Source: the human T2T-CHM13v2.0 reference genome, Homo sapiens
Reading direction: 5' to 3' (one strand)
Length of the DNA stretch: 64,000 nt
Assembly (NCBI RefSeq): GCF_009914755.1
Contig: NC_060939.1
Part shown: positions 14,425-28,570 of the stretch, one piece after another
Layout: every line of letters starts with the position of its first letter
Position numbering within the stretch: the first letter of the stretch is position 1
Program-made: the position numbers and the translations under genes
The notes under the pieces: generated by a model
Told to the model about the DNA's origin: nothing
The model's input: the letters and a program-made list of their open reading frames with translations, nothing else
The model's database searches: none

Positions 14425-14660
14425 ACACTGGTGAAGAACATGAGCTTTGGAGTCAGACTTGGGTTGCTGTCTGGGTTCCATCACCTACTAACTATTGTGT
14501 GGCCTTGGGCAGGTTAATTAACCTCTCTGCGCCTCAGAAAATATGGAGGTGATAATAAAACCTACTTCACAGAGTCATTGTGAAGATGGAGATAATTCTG
14601 TGTAGTACTTACAGTGCCTGCTACTCTGTAAGTACTAAAAATACAATCAGCTGTTATTTT
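14425..14660 (+). mobile_element. MIR
   Basis: gctttggagtcagac...tgtggccttgggcaggttaattaacctctctgcgcctcag. Confidence 0.85.
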
Positions 14661-15479
14661 TATTACCATGTAATCTAAAGACATGAAAGTCACACAGGAC
14701 AATGATGATAATCGGTTGTCCCCATCCTGTGTAGACATTTTATAGTCACTTTAGCCTGGGTTGTAAAGTGTTGGGAGCAAAATGAGAAGTAAAATTTAAC
14801 AGTTCAAGTGAAAATAGCGTTTGAGAAGTAAGTAGATTTAATTGGGAGAAAATTGATTTATACCCAATATGCAGGCCCAACTACTAGAAAATGAAAAGCA
14901 GTCATCTTAATACCAATTGTTATCCACCTACTTCCTTGGGTAGCTTTTACCACAAATTCATGATAGAATTTGTAGACAGGAACAAAAAACTACTTAGGAT
15001 TAAAAGTAGGAAAAGAAACTACTTCCCATATTAAGGTCCTATGACAATGCAAAGAGGTGGATTGGGACTCTGGCCTAGGGCAGCTGTGCAGGGTGGACAC
15101 GGATGGCCATAGGAGTTGTGATGTGCAAACGAAGGAACAAGGGAAGGAGGGATTGTGTGGGACAAATATATAAATCCAGCAGTGTGTGTTTGAAAACTCA
15201 AGGATGGCAGACCTGTTGCTTCTTTCACTAACCCGCTGCGCCTTGAGTCATTGTAGTTAGTGAATTGGGTGGCTGCTTGTCCATATGCCTCATTTGACTG
15301 GCATAGCTGCCTGGAGGAAGCTTAGGCCTGGAAAAAAGTGGAGACTCATGCTCTGGGTGCCTGGTGATTGTAGGCCCAGGTGAGAATAATGCAGGCAATT
15401 GAAGATTTATTTTTTTCTTGCTCTAATTTTCACCTGAGAGCTATGCCCACTCAGAGAGGGTTGGGGGAGAGTAGAACAG

Positions 15480-15660
15480 GAAAGAAACAGAAGACACTTT
15501 GGGTTTGGGCTCAGAAGATTCAGCTCACATCCAGCTTCTATCACTTACAAGTTGTGTGCTCATTCACAAGTTGCTGCTGCTCTCCAGGTTTCAGTTTTCT
15601 CATCTGCAAAATGGAAATAATAATTCTTATAGCATCCAAGGTTATGTAACAAGTATAAAT
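15480..15660 (+). mobile_element. MIR
   Basis: tcagttttctcatctgcaaaatggaaataataat core. Confidence 0.7.
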
Positions 15661-15744
15661 TAGTGACAAATTGGAGTCTGTGGAGGTGTAACTTTGCTCA
15701 TAACTCAGCTCAAATTGTTCACAAGCCCCCATTTCACTTGGTAG

Positions 15745-16638
<894 letters not shown>

Positions 16639-17551
16639 GTGGACATGATTTGCATTAACACTTGGTAGACAGAGGCATGGGGGCTGGGAGAGGGGTGATA
16701 TTTTATTTTCTAGTCAGTTAAAGCTAGTCCTTTCTGGTTTAGATGTCACTTCTGGACTAGGCCTGTTTTGGAAAACTGCCCTCTCTCCCAGAGTTCCTCC
16801 CTCCTTCTCCAGGTCCCTTCTCTTCCCCTTTCTCAGTCTGTTCTCCTGGGTAGGTCAGGGTGGAGGAGGAAGCATACACAGCGTTTTGGTCCTGAGGAAA
16901 GAGGGTGTGCTCCCCATTGTTCTTCTCTGCTGGTTCGTGCTGACCAGTGGAGCTGCACTTCGCATTGCCTGGTCTCTGGGACCTATGTCCTCGCTGCATC
17001 TGCTCCAGTCACAGGGAGGCGACTCTTGGTTTGTTTGGCAGCACACTGTTGAGGGTTGGTGGACTCCAGCCTTCCCTCAGGACCCTCCTTACTAGCTCAA
17101 GCTCAAGCTCCACCATGGTCTTCATGAGTGCTGCTGATGCTCACAGGCTCCCCTGCATCCCTGCCAGGCTCCCAGCTCTGGCCATCCACCTCATGCCTAA
17201 CCACCTCCTGTAGCCACATACTGGCTTTGTGGCTGCTGTGCCAGCTCCTTTCTCTGCTGGACTTGCCACAGCGCTGCATCTCCTCTCCTGCAGCTGTCCT
17301 GTGTTGCTGGGGTCACTCTGCAAGGTGATCTCCCAGCTCCCATTTTCCCATTTGGGAAGGAGGACCCAAGTCCCTGTGGCTTTGGGTTCCCAAAACTCTC
17401 TGTAGTTTTCTATTCCCACCCCCAGGTGGTTCTACCCTGGGCTGGGTATGGGGGAGGCTGCATGAGGTGAAGGAAAAAGTTCCACACTGGAAACTTTAGT
17501 CCCTCCGTGCCAGTCTCCCCTCCTCCCTCAGCTCTCAAAGGGATTAACCCT

Positions 17552-18282
<731 letters not shown>

Positions 18283-19024
18283 ACCCTTTCCCCTGTGGCA
18301 AGACATTGCCTCATGCCATAGCTCTCCTCTTCTCTACAATGTAGCTTACAGGCCAAGCCCTTTCAGAATTCAAAACTTAAACTCTTTGATCTGAAGTACC
18401 CAGTTCTTACAAGTTCAAAGTGTTTTGCTGTCAGACCCTTCTGTCTGAAATGGGCTTCAGGAACTGATCTGTCATCTCCTTTGTCCTTGGATGCCTCACT
18501 GTGAGGGCCATGGAGCAACACGGTGTCACCTGCCACAAACGAATAATACATTGGATAATAATTGGAAATCATATTTGGTGACAGGAGCAGATGTGAAATT
18601 ATTTAGTACTATACCTGTAAACAATTGGTACTTGGCGACTTAGATTTTGACATTGAGTAACAGCTGTGAATTTCAGTGTCCAAAAAACAAAGTTGAATTA
18701 CACTACAACAATGGTTGTCCGCTGGTTGGTGGCTTTGTTCCCTGGAGGTATTGTATCCAGACACTGAGGGATGTGGGTATGTGCGGTTTTAAAGATTTTC
18801 TGATGAGAATTTAATGAATAGGTACATGTAAAAAATGGATTGTGATGGTCATTGCCTTCTTGTGTTGTGACCATCATAACCGCCTGCTGGCAGCTTCCAC
18901 AGATGAGACACTCCAGGCATCTCTTCCAGGCATGGGAGCATTGCAAATGAACCTGGTTTCCATGGTGGGGGCATGCTCTTTAGAGTGAAAGAATTGCATG
19001 GAAAATAACTCAAATGTACATTTA

Positions 19025-19390
<366 letters not shown>

Positions 19391-21489
19391 TTAAAGGTAA
19401 TAAACCTTAATACTTAAGTTAAACAAGGCATTTTCTGTATGTTGATGTAACTGGATAGCTTTGAAAAGAAGGGTGGGATCATCCCTGGCCTGGGTCTTGG
19501 AGTCTGGCCACCAAAGAAAGAGGTGGCCTGGCCCCTCTCCCAGCTGTGGGGCTCCAGGGCCAAGGAGCCCGAGGCCCCGCGTGTGACACCTCGCTCTTAA
19601 GATACTCTAATTTATAGTTAACGCCTTTTAAGCAAACAAGAGGGAGAAAAAGAATCTGGTTCATATTATGGCAACTTGCAATGAAGGGAAGTCTGGAAGT
19701 TCAAAGAAAAAATGTCCCAGGAAAAGCACAGCCCGTTAAAATTCATTCTAAGTGGTCAGAAAGGTAATTGAAAAGAAGGCTTTCTCAGTGCAGTGTTGGC
19801 AGGCTAGTTTCCCTCCCTTTGCAATCTCAGCTCTCCAAACATCTCTCCCTGACACTAAGGTCATTCCAAAGAGGAACAAAATTAACAAGAATTCATTACT
19901 AAGACATGCTAAATTGACTGAATCAATAAAATCCCCAAAGCCCAGTTGAAGAGATCAAGATGGGAGGAATAAACACTCTCTCCTTCCAAAGCCAGAAGCC
20001 TGTGGGACCCCTGCTACAGCTTTGATTTTCAACATGAATCTTCTCTGATTTGACTAGAGGCTCCCTCTCCCTTCCTATGCCCACCTTTGTCACCCACAAA
20101 TGGCTGCATCACCTGCTGATCACGTGGGGCTGGATTTTCTACCATGAGAAAATTCCTGCCTGGTTTCTCTGGGCCAAGGCATCTTTTGTGGCTGTGTGTA
20201 TTTGTTGGAGGTCTGCAGAGCAGGAGAAATGAGGGCTAGAAAAGAGCAGAACTTTGCTTTCCCTCCTTCTGCCTGATGTAGAAGTCTTGAGCCCCTTGAG
20301 GCTAGAAGGTTTTCATACTTGATGCAGCAGCGGCACCACAATGATGAAATCAGAAGGGCTTAGGGTGTCAGGTTGCATGGAAGGTGATATTACAGGGCTT
20401 GTCATGTAGTCGTGTTTACTGAGAAGCCTATAATTTTCGCTTTGACTGTATATTGATTTGGAGGCTTTGGTAGGGTGTGTGATTGGAGAGTGTTCTTTAT
20501 CTCCATCAGCCACCCCCTTGGCCTTGCTGCTTCATGGATAAGACAGGCCACTCCCTTAATGAGTAGCCATCATTCCATGCTCCAGGGCAGCTTGTCTCTT
20601 GAGGTGGGTCCATATGCCATTAGACCCATCCCCAGCATTAGGGATTCATTCCTTCTACCTAAGGAGTTGGGCTGTAATAAAATGCTGTTCTCTGTAGCAT
20701 GACACCAGGCCTAGTGTGAAAGTGAATTTGTGGATGTAATCCGTTCCAGATGAACCCCAATTTGGCTGAGAGGTAGCAGGCAGAAATTAGAAGCACTGAG
20801 GAGGGGGGTAGAAATTTGACACAAGTAGATGCTGAAAGAGAAGTGGGAGGTGTCAAAGACAAAATTGCTCTCTTCACCTCTGGTGGCCCTAGATTAAAGC
20901 AAGGAGTGCAATTTTTTGTGCTTTTCCCATCAATTCTGATAGGTCCTTTTGTTTCCCTTGAGCAACAGAGGCCATTGATCCTGCCCCGTTGAGGTCAGTT
21001 TCCTCTCTTTCTGAGCCTGTCCGAAAGTCAGGGGTCAAGCTCAGCCTTGTTTGACCCACTGACCTTTCTGAGGGGGCCACCTTTTGTAAGCAAAGTCAGG
21101 CTTTGACTACCTTAACTGGGATCCCCTCTTACGAATGGCAAAGTTATTTTGCGGTGTTTGCTTTGGGTATAAGGAAAGAACTTTTCTCTTCCTCTCTTTT
21201 CCTCTTGTGGTTTACTTTTGGATTACTTAAATAAATAGCTTGAAAATGTCCCGTTAAGCATCCAAAGAGTGCTAATGCAGCACACCATGTTTATTTATAT
21301 GCTTTCCACCCTGTGTACTCCCTTCACCTCACAGTTTAAGGCAAAGTAATGCATTTCTTTTTCCTAATTTCTTTCACTTCTGGAAAGAATTTTTGCCAGG
21401 AGCAAAAGGAGCTGCCTTCAAATTTTGGTCAGATGGTGAAGATGCTTAAATGATCATCTTTGTTGAAAAAGAAAAAAAGCATTGTTTCA

Positions 21490-21730
21490 TGATTCATGGT
21501 GATGATGAAGGCACTGTGCTAAGCATATTACCTGATCATCTCAAGCAATCATCTCAAAACATACTTGTTAGGTGGGTTTTGTTACCATCCCCATTTCACA
21601 GATGGGAAAACTGAGGTACATAGCAGTTTGCCTGCAGTCTTATACTTGGTGGGTGGCTGAGTCAGGAATCAGACCTCAGCAGTGGAACTTCTGAGTCTGG
21701 GAGCCCCACCTTGAGGCTGCACTGCTTCCT
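21490..21730 (-). mobile_element. MIR
   Basis: ccccatttcacagatgggaaaactgagg. Confidence 0.8.
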
Positions 21731-22026
21731 TTTCAACAAGCCCCTATTCTAGAAATTGAAAGAGTGTTAGGGTAGAATGGGGAGGCAAAACTTCTGCTGT
21801 GGATTAAAACATGTAAATTCTCTCCATTTTCACCTCTTTTCATAGCAGCAGCCAAGAAATTTTCCCTTCAAAAATCCATCTTGAGGCATTCCCTTCTTTA
21901 ACAAACCAGTGTTATTTCAGCTCAAGATGATTAAATGAGGGTTCTGGGGAAGTACAAGAGTCCCTTCAAGGAAATATCTTAGGGCCATGGATGGCCTTCC
22001 CTCCAGAAGCTACAGTTTCTAGGCTG

Positions 22027-22092
22027 ACTTGTGAACTTTGTCTCATTGAGAGAACTTTGTCTCATTGAGAGAACTTGTGAACTTTGTCTCAT
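22027..22092. repeat. Short complex tandem repeat (3 copies of GAACTTTGTCTCAT)
   Basis: Read directly from sequence. Confidence 0.9.
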
Positions 22093-22161
22093 GAACATCC
22101 ATTAAACAAGGATAAAGTCCCCAGGGTATGCAGAATTCTGTCCAATAAAGAAGCCAAGATG

Positions 22162-22514
<353 letters not shown>

Positions 22515-22519
22515 CTAAG

Positions 22520-23025
22520 AAATGGATTCATCACCTGAAATGCCGTCCAGTCTCCTTGCTGTGGACAACAGGGTCCTTTCAAGGTCTGGCTCCTTCCCAG
22601 AGCTCCAGCCTCCCACCTACCATTCCCACTCAGCACAGACACCCCAGCCTTGTTCTTGGTCTTGCCAAGCCTATGTCTGCCTCAGGGGCTTGACACTTGC
22701 TGGAACACTTGACCCTGGGGCCTTTACCAGGCTCACTCATTCACTTCTTCGATGCTTCTGTTCAGAGGGTCATCTTCTGACCAGCCTGTCTCCAAGACTT
22801 GTCCCTCCACCACCACTGTACTCTACCCCCTCACACTGCCTGATTTTTCCCGGATCCGTTATTCTTACCTGAGGTCTTAGCATGTCTTTGGTTATATGTT
22901 TATGGCCTGTCTTCCTCTCCAGAATGTGGGCCCCAGGAGTGAAGAGTCTTAGTCCATCTTCCTCACCGTTGGATTTCCAGCGCCATGACAATGCCTAGCA
23001 TATATGTGGGGAATGAACAAATGAA
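22520..23025 (+). mobile_element. L2 3' end
   Basis: gtcttcctctccagaatgtgggccccagg...gaatgaacaaatgaa. Confidence 0.7.
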
Positions 23026-23369
23026 GTCAGGGGATCTGTGATATTAGCAGTTACCAGAATCCTTTCCCAGAGGATTCCTGGGCTTTTCTAGACCTGGGAT
23101 ACATTATTAAAAGTGAAACAATCCGGTGAAAATATAATCTTATTATAATCTATATGCATTGCATATTTACATTTATATGTATATGCATTGGTTTAATTCT
23201 TTAATGACCATGGATTAATTGTTATAATTGTTGCTAGTATTTCTCTTTCACAGATAATAAAACTGAAGTTCAGAGAAATTTGGTGACTTGCCAAAAATCA
23301 GATGAACTTAGAACAAGGATTTTGTGATATAAATACACGTGGAAATATGATTCATACATCTATTGTTAC

Positions 23370-23610
23370 ACTGTGGAAAGAGCCTGGGATTTGGAGCCAA
23401 AGGTTCTATTTTGTCTTAGTTTGTATTTTATTATATTTATAACAATATTATCAAAGGCAACATACTTCCCTTTCTAAACTTTAGTGTGCTTATCTCTAGA
23501 ATTAGGATAATAAATGTAAAAAAACAACAGTACTGCAGTAGGACTATGATAAGGTGTATAAAGTACTTGGTAGAGTCCAGCATACCTGGTAAGAACTCAA
23601 TAAATGTTCA
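23370..23610 (+). mobile_element. MIR
   Basis: gtggaaagagcctgggatttggag...taagaactcaataaatgtt. Confidence 0.6.
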
Positions 23611-24179
23611 CTGACTTCCAAACACCTGTTTCCTCGCAAGTAAAAATACTATGCCTGCTTCTGGGGGTTGTTATTAAGCTCAAAACAAGTAAGGTACCAA
23701 AAGTACTTCATGAATGATAAAGCATAAATGTTAACTGATCATGTAATTGTCACACATCAAGACTCTAGATAGCCTAGGACTTTCTAAAAGGGAAATAAAG
23801 GTGAGGAAAATATTGTATTCATCCTTAGATGTTATTGGAGAAAGCATGGAAGACATTTACGTTACTGAAAGAGGGCCATTCTTATTCTGTGAGATCTCTG
23901 CAACTTTAGGTTATAGTCTTTCACACAGAATTTTTAAAAACAAAAACTTATTTACCCTTTAAAAACCTTGACTCTGTGATTCATTTTCAGTCGTGCCCAC
24001 TGTGGATGGCCAGTCACAAGTTCTTTACTTTGCTAGATGCTCAGATGGAACTTTCTCTGCTTGACTATGTTTTATTTATAATTAACACTTGGATTGAAAA
24101 TATTTGGGAATTATATTTTAGGGACCTGAAAGGTATACTTTACACAGCTTTCTCATGAATTCCTAACTTCACCCTTTGA

Positions 24180-24500
<321 letters not shown>

Positions 24501-26011
24501 TGAGCTGGTCACCCAGCAAAAAGGCCCAGAACTGTCTCTGGCATGGGTTTTGCTCACCTTGCTTAGTTTAAGGTAGAATGAAATATTTCTTCTGCAAGTT
24601 TTCTTCAAATAGTTGTATCTCTTGCATAAAGTAGAATATTTGAAGCAGGTCTTGGTATTTTTCAGGCTACTTTTTAATTTGAAAAATACAAAAAGAAACA
24701 CATACATTCCCAAAGTAAAAATGACCCAGAACCCTCATATTAAAATATATACAAACTTAGGAATGAATATATATAAACTAAAAAGTTACATATAATAACT
24801 AACCTTACTTAAGAATAACATTTTTATTTTGTAAAGGATTGGCTCATTGTGTGCTGCTTTGAACTAGAGAGTAGAGAGTGGGTTAATACGTTCTAGGGAG
24901 ATGAGGTATTAGGCAGATAAGCTTTATACATTTAATTTTTTGGATTGTGTTCTCTCTTAAAGACTATATATTCAGTCTCACACAGCCCGGATCTACTTCT
25001 CTTATGCCACACTCAACCATACCTTTTGCAGCCCCAAAGTTACCAGCGGTCTCTACCTCTGGGCCTGTCTCTGATTTTCTACTTCTGGCCACACTAATGT
25101 CTATCCTATAATAGGTGTCAAGACCCCTTTTTCATGTTTCTCTGGAGCTGTCCCCTTTTTATCCACTTGATTTCTGTGGCCCACGATACCAGTGGTAATT
25201 CTTTTTCTTGAGCACATTCTGAAAAGATTCCCTAAGGGAATGGCTAAGAGGTTGAAAGCTAGGTCAATGTTCTGAGCCGACTCACTAATAGAAGAAATTA
25301 ATCACTTACCAGCATTCATAAAAATATAGGTAGATAAGCAAGGTGGAGAAGAAATACAAGTTGCCTGGTTTTTTTTTTTTTTTTTTTTTTGAAAGCATGC
25401 CATTGGTCCCAGATAACCCCAGGAGTAGATTGAATGGTATATTAAAAGGCACTTAAGTATCATGCCTGTCCTCCCCAAATTAATGGATCAGTGTACATTC
25501 CACCTTGAATTTATTATGCCTTTGCCTGCCAGTAGGGCTGGATGGCATGTGGACATATTTGCACATTCTAGCTTGGTTTATGTTACCTCCAGTCCTGAAC
25601 TCACATCAGAAGCTGACGGTAATGCCCTTGACTCTGTGGGAGCTGATTTATCCTGGGCCATTTAAAGTCAACAGATACTTTTAGAATCTGGGTTTTGGCC
25701 TTTCTCTCGACGGGCTGGTAGCTGTCTCTTCAGTGAAAATAGTAAAAGACTGCCTTGGGACAATTATGAACATTACCTGTTTGCGTACAAGATAGCTACG
25801 TTTCGTATTTAATGCCAAGGTCACTTTACCTTGCTGGTGTCTGGCATTGCCTAATCATTCATTGCAGTCCTGGAAAGACAAAACTTGTATCTTCTGTATG
25901 GTTTCCTGTGTCCCCGGTTTATACATATTGGTTCTTCTTGTTGGCCCCCTACTATTTAAGCACTACAGAGAAAAACTGAGTTTTACTCATGGTAGCTCTA
26001 TGTTAACCCCC

Positions 26012-26545
26012 CCATATTCATTAACTATTGCTGCATAACAAATTATTCCCAAAGGTAGCAATAACATTTATCATATTTATTATCAAATAATAAACATTTA
26101 TCACCCCACAAAGTTTCTGTGACTCTAGAATTCAGGAGCAGCTTAACTGGGTGGTTCTGGCTTAGGGCCTCCCATGAGGTTGTTGTCAAGATGTTAGTTG
26201 GGTCTGCAGTCATCTGAAGGCTTAACTGGGGCTGGAAGATTTGTTTGCAAGATGTCTCACTCATGTGCCTAGTTAATTGGTACTGACTGTTGGTAGGAGG
26301 CCTCAGATCCCTGCCACATGCACCTCTATAGAGCTGTTCGAGTGTCTTCACAATATGGCACTGACTTCCCCAGGTGATCTAAGAAAGTGCGAGGTAGAAG
26401 CCCCAATATATTTTATGACCTAGTCCCAGAAGTCATACCCTGTCATCTCTGCAATCTTATTGGTTACAAGGTCAGTGTTATTCAGTGTGTGAGGGACTTA
26501 TAGAAGGGCATGAACACCAGTTGCCATCTCAGAGCTGGGTCAGCA
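26012..26545 (-). mobile_element. MaLR MLT1F/G-like LTR
   Basis: ctattgctgcataacaaatta...gaattcaggagcagcttaactgggtggttctggc...gcagtcatctgaaggct. Confidence 0.8.
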
Positions 26546-27104
26546 CACCCTCGATGGCCCTTCAGCACTTTCAGTCTCCTCTAGTAGAAAATTTCCATAG
26601 TGTTATTTCAAATAAAGAAGCAAATAGATCCTGTTGGGATTTATAGGGTCCATTAGTATTAAATATGGCTACCAAACAGTGTCAAAATATATGTAGTCCT
26701 TTAAAAGCATTATTCCTTTCCAAACGTACTTAATATGATTTTTGTTAAGAAACAAAAATACAGTCCAGAAAAGTCAATATTAGAGTCCACTTTTGATCAT
26801 AATTTCCAAGTAGGATTTTCTTCCACTATGATGAAGACATATGGGCACTGTCAGGTTTTTTTTTTTTTTTCTTCTCTAGTGTCTGCATTGAGAAAAGTTA
26901 AACAAATAGATCAAAACTGAACCTCTTTTTACAAAGTTACCATTCATTTGTTGCCATCCTGGAGTGCAGGCCAGGTTCTTTTGTTAGCTGCTGCTTTGAA
27001 ATATGTGGCCAAGATTGGCTGGCATGAAGCTTTGTATGTTGGCGAGCCAACTCCCATGAGTTGGAAGCTCCTTCAGAGCTGAAGAAACAAGACCAGAAGC
27101 ATCT

Positions 27105-28570
27105 TAGAATCATCTCTCTTATAACCTTACAGTTGGAAGAAATCTAACAGGTCTTCCAGGCCTAACTTTCTTTTTTCTTTTTCATATTGTCTTTTAAAAA
27201 ATATAACTCTTCACTAAACTTAGTTCTGATCATTTTCTTTTTGAGACAGGGTCTCACTCTGTCACCCCGGCTGGAGTGCAGTGATGTGATCATGGCTGTC
27301 TGCAGCCTTGAACTCCCAGGCTCAAGTGATCCTCACCTCAGCCTCTCAAGTAGCTGAGATTACAAGCAAGCACCAGCACATCTGGCTAATTTTTTTTCTT
27401 GTAGAGATGAGGTCTCCTTGTGTTGCCCAGGCTGGTCTCAAACTCCTGGGCTCAAGTGATCCTCCTGCACCACCCAAAATGTTGGGATTGCAGGCATGAG
27501 CCACCATGCCCAGCCCAGGCCTAACTCTCAATGAATGCAGACATACATTCTGAAACACTTAAGACATGAAAGATGATCATCCCACTTCTACTTTAATATA
27601 TTCAGTGATAAAACACATGCCACCACTACCCTTGATTTTCAAACAGTTCTCATTTTCTACTGGAGCCAAGTTGTATCTCTGCATATCTTCTGACCATTGA
27701 CCCTTAATTTTTATTCTCTCTGGAGTAAAACCAAATGTGAAATTTCTTCAAATATTTGAAAACCCATCTCATGTGGGTCTCCTTAGTTTCTTCCAGGCTA
27801 AACATTCCATGTTTGTTCAGCCTTCTCTTTAAAGTACAGTCTCCAAACTAACTATCTTAGTTTCAAAGTCCATCTGAAAATGTGGTATCCATTCATTTGT
27901 GTGACAAGTATTTGTTGAATGTTGTCTGTTGGCAAGGTACTGTGCCAGTCCGGATGTCTTAACAGGACAGAGTTGAGTGAGATTGTTTCTTCCAGTTGAT
28001 TTGGATGTTATGTTTCTATTGATATGACCAAAGATCTCATTAGCTTTTTTGCAGCCATGTGAAACTATTGGATTATTTTTAGCTGTGATCAACTAAAATT
28101 ATCAGTTTTGTTGAAGGGAATTGTTGTCAGTTGAGGATGTCCCAATCCTATATTCATGTCGTTGGTTTTTTGAACCTAAATGAAAGACTTCACATTCACC
28201 TCCATCCAATTCCTTCTCGCTGGTCCAGCTCATTTTTCCAGCCCATTGAAGTCATTCTGATATTTGCTAACTCTTAATCTTGACTTCATCATATTAGTTA
28301 TTTCTCCCAGCGTTGTGTCATCTGCAGTTTTGATGAGCATTCCGTCTATCTTTGTATCCAAGTCACATATGGTAATGAGGAGTAGAACAGGACCCGTGAC
28401 AGAGCCATTTGGCAGACCCAGGTCACCTCCCTGCCCCCTTCCAGCAGCTATCTTTGAGAACATGTTTCAGCCAACTATCAGTCGCCCAAATTATACCGTC
28501 ATCTGGTCCGCATTTCTCCTTCTTGTCCACAAGAATTTCCTGAAAGACTTTGCTAAATGCCTGATTAATC
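27105..28570 (-). mobile_element. CR1/L3 LINE fossil: RT domain to 3' end
   Basis: Minus frames give QAFSKVFQEILVDKKEKCG, GLPNGSVTGPVLLLITICDLD..IKTADDTTLG..QNDFNGLEK and KKANEIFGHINRNI, all CR1 RT motifs; agaatcat..agttggaag 3' terminus. Confidence 0.9.
27168..27515 (-). mobile_element. AluJ-like with a two-part tail (A-tract, 50 bp unique, A-tract)
   Basis: Alu body 27243-27515; TSD CCAGGCCTAACT at 27156-27167 and 27515-27526. Confidence 0.9.

Noticed and set aside
16757-17419. Cluster of overlapping ORFs on both strands
   Set aside because: Explained by higher GC content in a probable LTR; no recognisable protein motif or exon structure
22027-22092. CRISPR-like direct repeats
   Set aside because: 14-bp units with 5-13 bp non-unique linkers in human DNA, and no cas genes
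25226-25241. Palindrome ATTCCC-TAA-GGGAAT as an EBF site
   Set aside because: The spacer is 3 bp; EBF requires 2 bp
28230-28463. RT-like ORF as a domesticated RT gene or retron-like system
   Set aside because: Catalytic motifs are degraded, neighbouring segments are frameshifted, and the element is interrupted by Alu and L2 pieces; it is a CR1 fossil
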